Positions 10,401-18,744 are shown, counted from the first letter of the stretch. The stretch is DNA of 60,852 nucleotides from Bacteroidales bacterium (GCA_024682995.1 JAIKYR010000043.1:1-60852), one strand, 5' to 3'. Made by a program: numbers and translations. Notes: generated by a model from the letters alone, not told the origin.

Positions 10401-13400
10401 TGTTGGTTCTGCACATCCGAAGAAAACAACACATCGGGTTTCTCCGCCTTCCCTGCAGGCATTGACAATAGAGTATTCGGCGAAAGCGCCTATTTTTGGA
10501 CTTCTTCGAGTGATGAATATGGATGGGAAGCACGCTGTCACTATATCTACTATGAGAGTTGTAGCATAGATAATTTCACCAATAACACAAATTATGGACG
10601 CTCTGTCCGATGCATTTATGGTACAGGATATAATATACCTGTCGTGAAAACCGCATCCGTTTCCAGTCTCGGCTATAGCAGTGTGGCCTGTGGTGGGGAA
10701 ATCACCTCCAACGGTGGCGCAAGCGTAACCCAACGTGGTGTATGCTGGAGCACCCAACCGAATCCGAGTATTGATTTCAATAATAACATTACTGTAAACG
10801 GCAACGGATCCGGCTCATTTAGCAGCAATGTCACCGGTTTAACTCCTGGCACCACCTATTATATGCGAGCATACGCCACCAACAGTGCCGGCACCGCTTA
10901 TGGACAGCAAGTCACATTTACCACACTGAATATACCTGTAATCACCACCAAACCCGTGACCAACATACTGGACAGTACCGCTGTTTGCGGCGGCGTCATC
11001 ACCTTTGTCGGCGACGGTCCCATTATGGCCAAAGGCGTATGCTGGAAAACTTCCGTGAATCCGACGGTTAATGACCATATTACCACAGACACCTCTGCGC
11101 AAGCCGACTTCAACTGTCTGCTGACGGAGCTCACACCCGGCACCCGCTATTATGTCCGGGCTTTCGCCACAAACGCTGGTGGAACCGTTTACGGGGCCCA
11201 AGAAAGTTTCTACACTTCAGATGTAAAACCAACCGTTTCCACCGATATGGTGTATGACATCACCACCAATTCTGCTATCGGTGGCGGCCACATCGTTTCC
11301 ACAGGTCTGTCCAACATCACGGCACAAGGTGTATGCTGGAGCACATCCTCAAATCCAACTATTGCCGACAACCACACATCCGACAGCATCGGCACCAGTG
11401 TTTTCTCAAGCAACATCACAGGGCTTGTCACAGGCACCTTGTACCATATCCGTGCCTACGCCACCAACAGTTCGGGTACTGGCTATGGAGAAGATGTGGC
11501 TTTTTTCACTTTAGGAAATCCTTCACAAGACAACCAGCCCTGCCCCAACACACCTACTTTGACCGACTTTGACGGCAACACCTATAACACGGTGAAGATT
11601 GGGCAACAGTGCTGGATGAAGGAGAACCTGCGAACCACCCATTACGCGAACGGCACAGCTATCCCTTCCGGCACCACGAGCAGTACTACAAGCCCATATT
11701 ATTATTACAACTCATCTTCTGGCATTGCTTTGGCTCAACGCGGCTATTTGTATAATTGGGCTGCTGCCATGCACGGTGAAAACTCCTCCGATGCCATTCC
11801 TTCCGGCGTTCAGGGAATCTGTCCCACAGGATGGCACTTGCCTTCCTCCAGCGAATGGAGACAACTCAACACCTATGTAGGTGCCCAAAGCCAATACCTT
11901 TGCAACGGCAATTCCAGATACATAGCCAAGGCGTTGGCCTCCACCACGGGATGGAACGAACATTACGATGATTGCACAGTGGGCAACATCCTTATGAACA
12001 ACAATGCCACTGGATTCTCTGCCATGCCTGTCGGATACTATACGTCTAATGGGAATCACAGCGTCGGCATCTTTACTGCCTTCTGGTCCTCCACCAACAG
12101 TTCTTCAGATTATACAAATATTCTCTCAATGAGTTCAATGTCACCGTATTCGGCCATAGGAACTGACAGGTCTGACTACTATTATTCTGTCCGCTGCCTG
12201 CAAAATGGAAGTATCAGTGGCCTGACAATTCCCACAATCACGACCAATAGTGTGAGCAACGTGATACCCACCTCTGCCCAATGTGGTGGTGATGTAATCT
12301 GCCATGACGAAGTGCCCATCACCGCCAAAGGTATCTGTTGGAGTACGGCGCACAATCCGACAACAGATGACAACCACACGTCTGATGGCAGTGGAGCAGG
12401 AAGTTTTGGCAGCAGTATGACAGGACTGACTCCCGGTGTCACATACTACGTGCGAGCATACGCCGTGAGCGATGCCCTCACCGCCTACGGCAATGAAATC
12501 TCCTTCACCACGCTGGCAGACGGAATACCCTGCGTGGGTGTTGAAACCGTTACCGACATTGACAGCAACGTTTACAATACGGTTCAGATTGGCCAACAAT
12601 GTTGGATGAAGGAAAATCTACGCACGACACACTATCCTGATGGAGAACTGATACCCATAGGTGGCACTTCACAAGACATGTATCCCACCCGTTATGCACC
12701 AGACAACAACATTGCCAACGTACCTGCATACGGATACCTTTACAGTTGGTCAGCAACCATGCATGGGGCCGCTTCCAGCAACTCAAACCCCAGTGGTGTG
12801 CAAGGAATCTGTCCCGATGGCTGGCATGTCCCAAGTCATGCGGAATGGCTCCAGCTTTTCAACTATGTTAGCAATCAAAGCGGTTATATGTGTTCAAAAA
12901 ACAATGGGTCGTCATCTTATGCTAAAGCATTGGCAGCCCCGACAGGATGGTTGGATTATGACTACAATACGGACACTTGGCCTGACGCATGCAGCCCCGG
13001 ATGGCGGCAACAGGGAAGCAACAACGCCACCGGCTTCTCCGCCATGCCCGCCGGATACCACCAAATGCATATTTACGGTTCTTTTGGCCGATTTGGTAAC
13101 TATTGGAGTTCAACCCAAAGTAGTGCCAACCAATGTCATGCCTATTTCTGGGGGTGGAGTTTGGATACGGTATGCATAACCACATTCACCTTTTTTGACT
13201 CGCTTGGCGTCTCTCGTAGTTCGTCTGTTCGCTGTATCCGCAATGCGAATTGGCTGCCTTCTGTTTCAACAAATCCCGTATCATGCAACACCAGCAACAA
13301 GGCTTTCATCAGTGGAAACATCTCAAACGAAGGATCAGCATCTGTCACTGCAAGAGGTGTTTGCTGGAGCACCTCCCACAACCCCACCATTTCCGACAGT

Positions 13401-14240
13401 CACACCAGTGATGGTACTGGCACTGGCTCTTTCAGCACTACAATCACCGGACTACAGCCTTCCACCACCTATTATGCAAGGGCGTATGCCACCAACCATT
13501 ACGGCACTGAATATGGTGATGAGATGAGTTTCACTACTCTTGCTTCCACCAATACGATTCCGGACGGCCAGCCCTGCCCATGCTCGGCTACCGTCACCGA
13601 CATTGACAGTAACACATACAACACGGTGAAGATAGGCAATCAATGCTGGATGAAAGAGAATCTGCGTGTTTTGCACTACGCTAATGGGGAAAACATCCCC
13701 ACTGGGACCCAAGGAAGCTATACCGTTTCCTATTATTACGATTATCCTTCTGGTTTTGCATTGGAGGATCGCGGATATCTGTACAACTGGGCAGCGGTAA
13801 TGCACGGTGTAAACAGCAGCACGGCAAATCCCAGCGGCGTACAAGGTGTCTGTCCAACCGGCTGGCATGTGCCAAGTGAGGCAGAATGGGATCAACTCAC
13901 CAGTTACATGGGCCAAGGCCAATATGCATGCGGAAATTCCAGTTTGTATTTTGCAAAAGCCTTGGCTACCACCACAGGATGGAACACCAGCACTGTCACC
14001 TGTGCGGTAGGCAACACCCCCAGCACGAATAACGCTTCAGGCTTCTCTGCATTCCCAGCAGGTCTTTGGTATAATGGAAGCACATCCAACACATCCGTTT
14101 TTGCCACATTCTGGACTTCTACAGAGGATGACAACAATCAAGCAAAGAGAAAAATTTTACTGAATTCAAGTGTCAGCATGAGCGGTGGAGGCATCCACGA
14201 CAAAAGATACGGCATGTCCGTCCGTTGCCTGCAAGACTAG
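4431..14240 (+). CDS. Giant (3269 aa) surface protein: signal peptide, CTD-like Ig domain, proprotein-convertase-P-like domain, 17 FN3-like repeats, 5 Fibrobacter succinogenes major paralogous (Fib_succ_major/FISUMP) domains
   Basis: Five D-x-D-G/S-N-x-Y-x-TV-x-IG-x-QCW-x-x-EN...CP-x-GWH-x-PS...SVRC domains; repeated RGVCWST..NPT..LTGL.PGTTYYVRAYATN units; EHSWIGDL...LNGIWSIQVVD..DNGYICEW domain. Confidence 0.9.
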   Translation: MNIKRFSFGNIIFVFFLLIVCCQVSNAQNTIELLFTGVDQHNNYVKINSIAIENLTRGWSETILFPDTVFTLEMGVGVEDYRQEGTMQVMPNPFDGRTRVNIPSFQNETVTMFLADINGKKCATFTGVLTRGDNIFEISLTTPQVYVLSVITPSGTRSLKMVNRGHAGTDRIRAESNTGKSAKVDLKSTSTHDFELGDEMRYTGHTSVNGITLQSSVVTQTQYISENITLVFDVASGSTHVTTDSIQLHSDGTLSCYGSVQSGQPILDRGFCYSTAHYPTIDDYRIQSGTGTGAFNSTITDLDPSLIWHIRAYATTAATTIYGAEYTLMVKINYTNTDTMFIPDGVACDGNCGRNSYINITNQPAGSTIQSIEDIRYFRLKMEHSWIGDLWISLSCPNQQSVTILKKNASSINGNCASAIPATALGWSTTDASHAHFGLYYEPDGYGHCNGDGSPIGECWNYCWSNAATQGYQYACGQGLVYESCNHLDNVDNPHGGASGSSSSNYVDSTNMATMTNVYHPDESFANLIGCPLNGIWSIQVVDAWASDNGYICEWELALNPNTPVFLSETEVSETPCPQAASVTDYDGNVYGTVAIGSQCWMRENLRTTHTASGTAIIPGNGTDAGTAHYYLPSASDSSGIYGHLYNWKAAENVCPDGWHLPSDSEWAQLTDFLGSLDTCVCGDNPNNVARAMASDTFWSPSSTPCAVGSDLSLNNISNFSTLPVGYTNGTPTAFGTTARFWTATSYNNDYAYYRSLYHDNGFVERNPYGDKAHGMSVRCILAKTPKVTTAAVTNVTDSTAVCGGEVTSIGGAPMTERGLCWSTHAYPTIGDNLVACGAGLGTFTGQMTGLIPGTTYYVRAYATNAAGTVYGASRTFSTLTIPTVTTQNVGNIWDSTATCGGNISYDGGSPVTTRGVCWGTAPNPTIADNHTSDGSGIGTFSSQLTGLVPGTDYNVRAYAINSIGIAYGEQKSFTTKSAPTITLNQATNILSLTASCTYYINSNGQMTITNRGICYSTTPNPTLNDSVIAGTANTGTLQLSGLTPGTTYYVRAYATNAIGTSYSAQISFTTQTIPTLTTAAVSDIDFFTATGGGEVLNTGVPAITARGVCWNTSPNPTIANSHTSDSTGFGTFVSQLTGLTIHTTYYVRAYATNSSGTGYGEQVTFTTLNIPTVTTKNVTNILDSTATCGGSLTSNGDGTLLATGICWSTAMSPTINDFVATDTSLQSNFTCTMTGLIPNTTYYVRAFATNGGGTAYGPQRNFTTKSLPTITLDSATNITSHTASCTYHVTFAGNMAVTARGICYSTTPNPTLQDSVIAGTSSNGTIQLTGLTASTTYYVRAYATNGIGTSYSNLISFTTLSIPTLTTAAVTDIDFFTATSGGEVLNTGVPAITARGVCWSTSSQPTIDDNHTSDSTGFGVFTSHLTGLVPNTTYYVRAYAINSAGINYGNQIVFATPRTPTVSTKTINNITDSSATCGGNVTSNGGAMLLATGVCWSTSQNPTINDFVVTDSTAQPNFTCVMTGLVPNTQYYVRAFATNGGGTSYGVQRSFITRAIPTIALDTITNIQSLSASCSYHLVYNGGVNVSDRGICYSTTPNPTLNDSVIASTANTGTLQLSGLIPGTTYYVRAYATNNFGTGYSNQISFTTLTIPTVITTPISDVSFFTATGGGEVLATGVPAITARGVCWSTEPYPTIADSLTSDSTGFGTFTSHLTGLTPGTTYHVRAYAINNSGISYGEDLTFTTVSVKTELITQYTDTTALAGGSLTPINGSTTANFGVSDWGICWSTTPNPSVHNNIILSTGTLTHFTCNMTNLTSGNAYCVRAFVTINGDTLYGNEVSFTTKEAGIQSCPGVATVTDIDGNTYNTVKIGDQCWTKENMRATRYSDGISIPLGNTSSGTPYHRYYPNDSIINVPVYGYMYDWPTTMHGGISTNATPIQGVCPNGWHVPSHAEWSSMEQYVSNHNTFTCNNSTPCTAKALASKRGWIGCWFCTSEENNTSGFSAFPAGIDNRVFGESAYFWTSSSDEYGWEARCHYIYYESCSIDNFTNNTNYGRSVRCIYGTGYNIPVVKTASVSSLGYSSVACGGEITSNGGASVTQRGVCWSTQPNPSIDFNNNITVNGNGSGSFSSNVTGLTPGTTYYMRAYATNSAGTAYGQQVTFTTLNIPVITTKPVTNILDSTAVCGGVITFVGDGPIMAKGVCWKTSVNPTVNDHITTDTSAQADFNCLLTELTPGTRYYVRAFATNAGGTVYGAQESFYTSDVKPTVSTDMVYDITTNSAIGGGHIVSTGLSNITAQGVCWSTSSNPTIADNHTSDSIGTSVFSSNITGLVTGTLYHIRAYATNSSGTGYGEDVAFFTLGNPSQDNQPCPNTPTLTDFDGNTYNTVKIGQQCWMKENLRTTHYANGTAIPSGTTSSTTSPYYYYNSSSGIALAQRGYLYNWAAAMHGENSSDAIPSGVQGICPTGWHLPSSSEWRQLNTYVGAQSQYLCNGNSRYIAKALASTTGWNEHYDDCTVGNILMNNNATGFSAMPVGYYTSNGNHSVGIFTAFWSSTNSSSDYTNILSMSSMSPYSAIGTDRSDYYYSVRCLQNGSISGLTIPTITTNSVSNVIPTSAQCGGDVICHDEVPITAKGICWSTAHNPTTDDNHTSDGSGAGSFGSSMTGLTPGVTYYVRAYAVSDALTAYGNEISFTTLADGIPCVGVETVTDIDSNVYNTVQIGQQCWMKENLRTTHYPDGELIPIGGTSQDMYPTRYAPDNNIANVPAYGYLYSWSATMHGAASSNSNPSGVQGICPDGWHVPSHAEWLQLFNYVSNQSGYMCSKNNGSSSYAKALAAPTGWLDYDYNTDTWPDACSPGWRQQGSNNATGFSAMPAGYHQMHIYGSFGRFGNYWSSTQSSANQCHAYFWGWSLDTVCITTFTFFDSLGVSRSSSVRCIRNANWLPSVSTNPVSCNTSNKAFISGNISNEGSASVTARGVCWSTSHNPTISDSHTSDGTGTGSFSTTITGLQPSTTYYARAYATNHYGTEYGDEMSFTTLASTNTIPDGQPCPCSATVTDIDSNTYNTVKIGNQCWMKENLRVLHYANGENIPTGTQGSYTVSYYYDYPSGFALEDRGYLYNWAAVMHGVNSSTANPSGVQGVCPTGWHVPSEAEWDQLTSYMGQGQYACGNSSLYFAKALATTTGWNTSTVTCAVGNTPSTNNASGFSAFPAGLWYNGSTSNTSVFATFWTSTEDDNNQAKRKILLNSSVSMSGGGIHDKRYGMSVRCLQD
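7365..9965 (+). repeat. Higher-order tandem repeat of three FN3-like subtypes (ABC)x3, 867-bp period
   Basis: Subtype A starts at 7365, 8232 and 9099 (289-codon spacing); third C unit is diverged. Confidence 0.85.
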
Positions 14241-14339
14241 AACCGGCCCAGAAAGGGCATCACGAGTAGAGCCACCAGATTCTGCGGCAGCTGCCAAAGG
14301 AACAATAACGCGAATATAAGACTGTTGCGGAGCATCATC
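14238..14339 (-). pseudogene. Truncated second allele of the 3896-4303 gene (MMLRNSLIFALLFLWQLPQNLVALLVMPFLGRF*), approximate bounds; contains direct repeat copy B (14241-14337)
   Basis: Start overlaps the stop of the upstream 14338-15111 gene (TGATG); ends at the palindromic CTAG shared with the giant gene's stop. Confidence 0.85.
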
Positions 14340-15111
14340 AATTCATCTTGCCTAATCGTATGCCAACTTTGACATAGCCGAAATGCAGATTGTTCTTTCG
14401 GCTAGCATGAAAAAGGGTATATCCCGCACTTACCGTAGCCCTTTGATACTCAAGGCCAAACCCCGCTTGTAATCGAAAGACAGTCATGGGGAAAAGATTA
14501 TAATACTGGCCCTGATAATACACCAATCCCCCAAAACGAGTTATGAAATCCGCTCCCAATGCCACCTCCATATAAGGATGGAATGCATTTTGTGAGGGAA
14601 AGAAGCCCCGAAGGTCCAACACAAGCGGGAAATTGGCCACATCAAAACCGGCATATCCGGCAGCGGGCGCTAAAAACAGAGCATCTATGCCAGACCCGAT
14701 TCCAATAAAAAACTTATCCCAACAACGGAATCCAAGCGCAACATTCAGCATTGGTCCGGCCTCCTCCTTCGTAAACAAACAGCCTCCCTCTATATAGGTC
14801 TGAAATATAACCTTGTTCACCAAATCATTTCCAGGTCTGTATTTGGGTTTGAGCATATATGATTCCGTCACAGCATCATTATACACCTCTTTTGTCCCAT
14901 TAGCATATTTTATATAAAAAACATCTTTCTTGGCAATCTGATACGAGGGGCCCTCCAAATTGTCCCATTTCTTATAAGTAATCTCATCAATGCCGACAAT
15001 AAGGACCTTAGCTTGTATTTCCTCCGCATTGAGCAGGACAATGACATCCTGGGCAAAAGAGGCGGAAAAGCAGGCAAAGAGAATGGCAAGTGTCAATATT
15101 ATGCGATTCAT
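14338..15111 (-). CDS. Outer-membrane beta-barrel-like protein with N-terminal small beta domain
   Basis: Signal peptide (ASFA-QD); QDVI...EEIQAKV...ITYKK N-domain; alternating beta strands ending GYVKVGIRL. Confidence 0.7.
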   Translation of the reverse strand: MNRIILTLAILFACFSASFAQDVIVLLNAEEIQAKVLIVGIDEITYKKWDNLEGPSYQIAKKDVFYIKYANGTKEVYNDAVTESYMLKPKYRPGNDLVNKVIFQTYIEGGCLFTKEEAGPMLNVALGFRCWDKFFIGIGSGIDALFLAPAAGYAGFDVANFPLVLDLRGFFPSQNAFHPYMEVALGADFITRFGGLVYYQGQYYNLFPMTVFRLQAGFGLEYQRATVSAGYTLFHASRKNNLHFGYVKVGIRLGKMN

Positions 15112-15161
15112 GCAGATTGTTTTTTCGGCAAAAATACACTTTTTTCAAACACTCTTCCCCT

Positions 15162-15214
15162 CTGCCAAAATGTCAGCGTTTTCCACCCGATTCTTTTTTT
15201 GGCACAATTGTTGT
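15162..15214 (+). promoter_or_regulatory. Candidate sigma54-like promoter plus upstream palindrome for dnaK
   Basis: TGGCAC-N5-TTGT at 15200-15214; ctgcca-aaa-tgtcag imperfect palindrome at 15162-15176. Confidence 0.45.
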
Positions 15215-15297
15215 AACAATGTCCTCGCCGTTTTTGGACCAACGCAGGTTCAGAGGCGGGTAACAAACTGAAATAATAACAATTAAATAAAATTATC

Positions 15298-17232
15298 ATG
15301 GGAAAAATTATCGGAATTGACTTAGGAACTACAAACTCTTGCGTTGCCGTCATGGAAGGCAACGAAGCCACTGTCATCCCCAACAGCGAAGGCAGACGGA
15401 CCACGCCGTCCATCGTGGCTTTCGTGGGTGACAACGAACGTAAAATCGGTGATCCTGCCAAACGTCAGGCCATCACCAACCCCACCAAGACCATCTTCTC
15501 CATCAAGCGTTTCATGGGCGAGACCTACGACCGCGTCACGAAGGAGATTGAGCGCGTGCCCTACACCGTGGAACGCGCGGCCAACAACATGCCGAAGGTG
15601 AAAATCGACGACCGCGGCTACACCGCTCAAGAGATTTCCGCCATGATTCTTCAAAAGATGAAGAAAACGGCTGAAGACTATCTCGGCCAAGAAGTTACGG
15701 AAGCCGTCATCACGGTGCCGGCCTACTTCAGCGACTCGCAGCGTCAGGCCACCAAGGAGGCCGGTGAGATTGCCGGTCTCACGGTGAAGCGTATCATCAA
15801 CGAGCCTACCGCAGCCGCATTGGCCTACGGTCTGGACAAGAAGAAATCCGACTCCAAAGTGGCCGTGTTCGACCTCGGCGGCGGCACCTTCGATATCTCC
15901 ATCCTCGAGCTGGGCGACGGCGTATTCGAAGTGAAGTCCACCAACGGCGACACGCACCTCGGCGGCGACGACTTCGACCATAAGATCATCGACTGGCTGG
16001 CCAACGAGTTCATGAAAGACTACAACGTGGATTTGCGTAAGGACGCCATGGCCCTGCAACGTCTGAAAGAGGCTGCCGAGAAGGCCAAGATCGAGCTTTC
16101 CAGCTCCAACTCCACGGAAATCAACCTGCCGTACATCATGCCCATTGACGGCGTACCGCAACACCTGGTGCGCACGCTCACCCGTGCCCAGTTCGAACAG
16201 CTGTGCGACGACCTGATCCGCGCCACCATCGAGCCGTGCAAGAAGGCTCTGGCCGACGCCGGCTACACCACCTCCGATATTGACGAGGTGATCCTCGTGG
16301 GCGGCTCCACCCGTATCCCGGCCATCCAGGAAATCGTGGAAAAATTCTTCGGCAAGACCCCGTCCAAGGGTGTCAACCCCGATGAAGTAGTGGCCATCGG
16401 TGCTGCTATCCAAGGCGGTGTGCTCACCGGTGAGGTGAAGGACATCCTCCTGCTGGATGTGACCCCGCTGTCCCTCGGTTTGGAAACCCTCGGCGGCGTG
16501 ATGACCAAACTCATCGAAAGCAACACCACCATCCCGACCAAGAAGACGGAGACGTTCACCACGGCCGTTGATAACCAGACCTCTGTGGAAATCCACGTGC
16601 TGCAAGGCGAACGTCCGATGGCAGCCCAGAACAAGAGCATCGGCCGCTTCCACCTGGACGGCATCCCGGCCGCACAACGCGGCGTGCCGCAAATCGAAGT
16701 CACCTTCGACATCGACACCAACGGCATCCTCAGTGTGACAGCCAAAGACAAAGCCTCCGGCAAGGAACAGAAGATCCGCATCGAAGCCTCTTCCGGCCTC
16801 TCCGATGACGAAATCAAACGGATGAAGGCCGAGGCCGAAGCCAACGCCGATGCCGACAAAAAAGCCAAGGAGGAAATCGACAAGCTGAACGCCGCCGACA
16901 GCCTGGTGTTCCAGACCGAAAAGCAGCTCAAGGAGTTCGGCGACAAGGTGCCCGCTGACGACAAGGCCAAGATTGAGGCTGCGGCAGCCAAGCTGAGAAC
17001 CGCACACGACAACAAGGATTTCGCCGCCATTGACGCCGCCACGGCTGAGTTGCAGGGCGCTTGGCAGGCCGCTTCCGCCAAGATGTACCAACAGGGCGGT
17101 GCCCAACAGCCCGGCGCCGACTTCAACGCCGGTGGATTCAACCAGCAGGCTGGCCAACAAGGTCCGCAGGGTGGTACCCACAACGGCAACGACGGAGAAG
17201 TCCAAGACGTTGATTTCGAGGAGGTCCATTAG
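15298..17232 (+). CDS. dnaK: Chaperone DnaK (Hsp70)
   Basis: [32 protein letters not shown]-terminal DVDFEEV. Confidence 0.99.
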   Translation: MGKIIGIDLGTTNSCVAVMEGNEATVIPNSEGRRTTPSIVAFVGDNERKIGDPAKRQAITNPTKTIFSIKRFMGETYDRVTKEIERVPYTVERAANNMPKVKIDDRGYTAQEISAMILQKMKKTAEDYLGQEVTEAVITVPAYFSDSQRQATKEAGEIAGLTVKRIINEPTAAALAYGLDKKKSDSKVAVFDLGGGTFDISILELGDGVFEVKSTNGDTHLGGDDFDHKIIDWLANEFMKDYNVDLRKDAMALQRLKEAAEKAKIELSSSNSTEINLPYIMPIDGVPQHLVRTLTRAQFEQLCDDLIRATIEPCKKALADAGYTTSDIDEVILVGGSTRIPAIQEIVEKFFGKTPSKGVNPDEVVAIGAAIQGGVLTGEVKDILLLDVTPLSLGLETLGGVMTKLIESNTTIPTKKTETFTTAVDNQTSVEIHVLQGERPMAAQNKSIGRFHLDGIPAAQRGVPQIEVTFDIDTNGILSVTAKDKASGKEQKIRIEASSGLSDDEIKRMKAEAEANADADKKAKEEIDKLNAADSLVFQTEKQLKEFGDKVPADDKAKIEAAAAKLRTAHDNKDFAAIDAATAELQGAWQAASAKMYQQGGAQQPGADFNAGGFNQQAGQQGPQGGTHNGNDGEVQDVDFEEVH

Positions 17233-17241
17233 AAATCACAC

Positions 17242-17271
17242 TGTATAGACGCCATGAATCGCGTCTATACA
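17242..17271. repeat. REP-like palindrome
   Basis: tgtatagacgc-catgaatc-gcgtctataca, perfect 11-bp arms just after dnaK stop. Confidence 0.75.
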
Positions 17272-17280
17272 AAACACCCC

Positions 17281-17317
17281 AACGGGTGCCGCTAAAAACG
17301 GTGCCCGTTTTTTTTTT
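17281..17317 (+). terminator. dnaK rho-independent terminator
   Basis: aacgggtgccg-ctaaaaa-cggtgcccgtt followed by a T run. Confidence 0.8.
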
Positions 17318-17320
17318 AAA

Positions 17321-17579
17321 CAATGACATAGAAGTTGACCTATCATTATCCTTATGGCATCGCAGGATGTCAATTATCATAGCTGAATGATTTGTTCTTC
17401 ACCTATGATTGAGCGGGTGTCAGCAACGATCCATTGTCCGCACATCCGTGCGGGCATCTTAAAACTCCCCTTCTGTTGCAGAAGGGGAGTTGACTTCGTG
17501 CGGCACCAAGGTGCCACAAGCATTATTAACAATGGAAAAATGTCGCCATAATCTTCTTGGGTCAACTTCTATATCATTG
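17321..17579. other. 259-bp structured element with 20-bp terminal inverted repeats (MITE-like or ncRNA)
   Basis: caatgacatagaagttgacc / ggtcaacttctatatcattg (19/20) enclosing nested stems. Confidence 0.6.
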
Positions 17580-17609
17580 CTTTTTATGAATAGACCTCTT
17601 TCGCCAAAC

Positions 17610-17641
17610 AAAAAAGGGAAGGATCCCCTTCCCTTTTTTTT
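17610..17641 (-). terminator. Terminator downstream of arcC (bidirectional form)
   Basis: aaaaaagggaagg-atcc-ccttccctttttttt. Confidence 0.85.
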
Positions 17642-17662
17642 GTAAATTATTTGCTATTGCGT

Positions 17663-18616
17663 TTATTCGCCGTCCGCCACAATGCGCGTGCCGCAAGTGT
17701 CGTCGCCAAGGCGGCCCGCTTCCGTGATGATGCAGGGATGTCCCGTCTTTTCCACGAACATGATGGCCGCACGCACCTTGGGGGCCATCGAGCCTTCCGT
17801 GAACTGTCCATCGGCCAGGTACTGTTTGGCCTCAGATATCGTTATGGTGTCCAATGCCTTTTCATCCGGCTTGCGGAAGTTGATATAGACTTTAGGCACG
17901 TCGGTGAGGATGTAGAATTCATCGGCGTTGATTTCCACGGCCGTGATGGCAGAGGCAAGGTCCTTGTCAATGACTGCCTGCACGCCTTTCAGATAGCCGT
18001 CCTTCATGGCCACAGGAATGCCGCCACCACCAACCGTGATGACGATGATGCCCTGGTCGGCCAGCTGGCGCACCAGCTTGATGTTCTGGATGCGGATAGG
18101 TTTCGGGGAAGCCACCACCTTGCGCCAACCATTGCCCTTGGGGTCCTCGCGATACACATCGCCGGTCTCTGCCTGATAGGCTTCCGCCTCCTCTTTCGTG
18201 ACATACGGGCCAACAGGTTTGGTAGGATTCTGGAACAGGGGGTCGTTGCCGTCCACCTCCACATGAGTGAGTAGTGTCACCGTATCGCGGTCCCAGCCCT
18301 CCTCGGCGAAAATACGCCGGAAACCCTCCTCTATCAGCGCTCCAATAGAACCTTGGGTTTCCGCCACACAGAAGTTCAAAGGCATGTCCTCCACCTCAAA
18401 AGTCTCCTTGCCGGCCTTGTGCTGCAACATAACATTGCCCACCTGCGGACCGTTGCCATGTCCAATGACCATGCGATAACCTGCCTTCAACATTGGGACA
18501 AGGCATCTGCAAGTTTCCGTAACATTCTCTATCTGTTCACGATAAGTGCCTTTTTGATGGCTTTTCAATAAAGCATTGCCGCCAAAGGCAATAACGGCGA
18601 GTTTGCTGTTTGTCAT
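17663..18616 (-). CDS. arcC: Carbamate kinase
   Basis: AFGGNAL, HGNGPQVG, PTKPVGP, RKVVASPKP, AVIDKD, GSMAPKV. Confidence 0.95.
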   Translation of the reverse strand: MTNSKLAVIAFGGNALLKSHQKGTYREQIENVTETCRCLVPMLKAGYRMVIGHGNGPQVGNVMLQHKAGKETFEVEDMPLNFCVAETQGSIGALIEEGFRRIFAEEGWDRDTVTLLTHVEVDGNDPLFQNPTKPVGPYVTKEEAEAYQAETGDVYREDPKGNGWRKVVASPKPIRIQNIKLVRQLADQGIIVITVGGGGIPVAMKDGYLKGVQAVIDKDLASAITAVEINADEFYILTDVPKVYINFRKPDEKALDTITISEAKQYLADGQFTEGSMAPKVRAAIMFVEKTGHPCIITEAGRLGDDTCGTRIVADGE

Positions 18617-18630
18617 AAAAACTATATAAC

Positions 18631-18666
18631 GTTTGTAAGGTTTGTAATGTTAAAAGTGGAAAAGTA
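18631..18666 (+). repeat. 36-bp repeat arm, inverted copy at 52077-52112
   Basis: gtttgtaaggtttgtaatgttaaaagtggaaaagta, 33/36 to the reverse complement of 52077-52112. Confidence 0.85.
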
Positions 18667-18744
18667 TTTAAAGTAAAAAGTGAGAAAAATCAAAGTACAT
18701 CGTTCTTAGTTTTTCAACTTCTTAACTCCACTATCCACGGCCAA

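Noticed and set aside
14246-14258. gccc-agaaa-gggc mini hairpin after the giant gene as a DGR target hairpin
   Set aside because: Only a 4-bp stem, and explained by the coding sequence of the duplicated gene fragment
4200-14337. Direct repeat next to a lectin-fold gene as a DGR template/variable repeat pair
   Set aside because: The 13 mismatches are not adenine-specific, are mostly synonymous in a different gene, lie outside the Fib_succ domain, and no reverse transcriptase is in the window
15322-17229. 635-aa ORF antisense to dnaK
   Set aside because: Known shadow frame of hsp70 genes caused by codon bias (often mis-annotated as NAD-glutamate dehydrogenase); codon-aligned with dnaK, no independent signals
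17377-17565. 62-aa minus-strand ORF in the dnaK-arcC spacer
   Set aside because: Runs through perfect hairpins between terminators, no promoter or protein-like features
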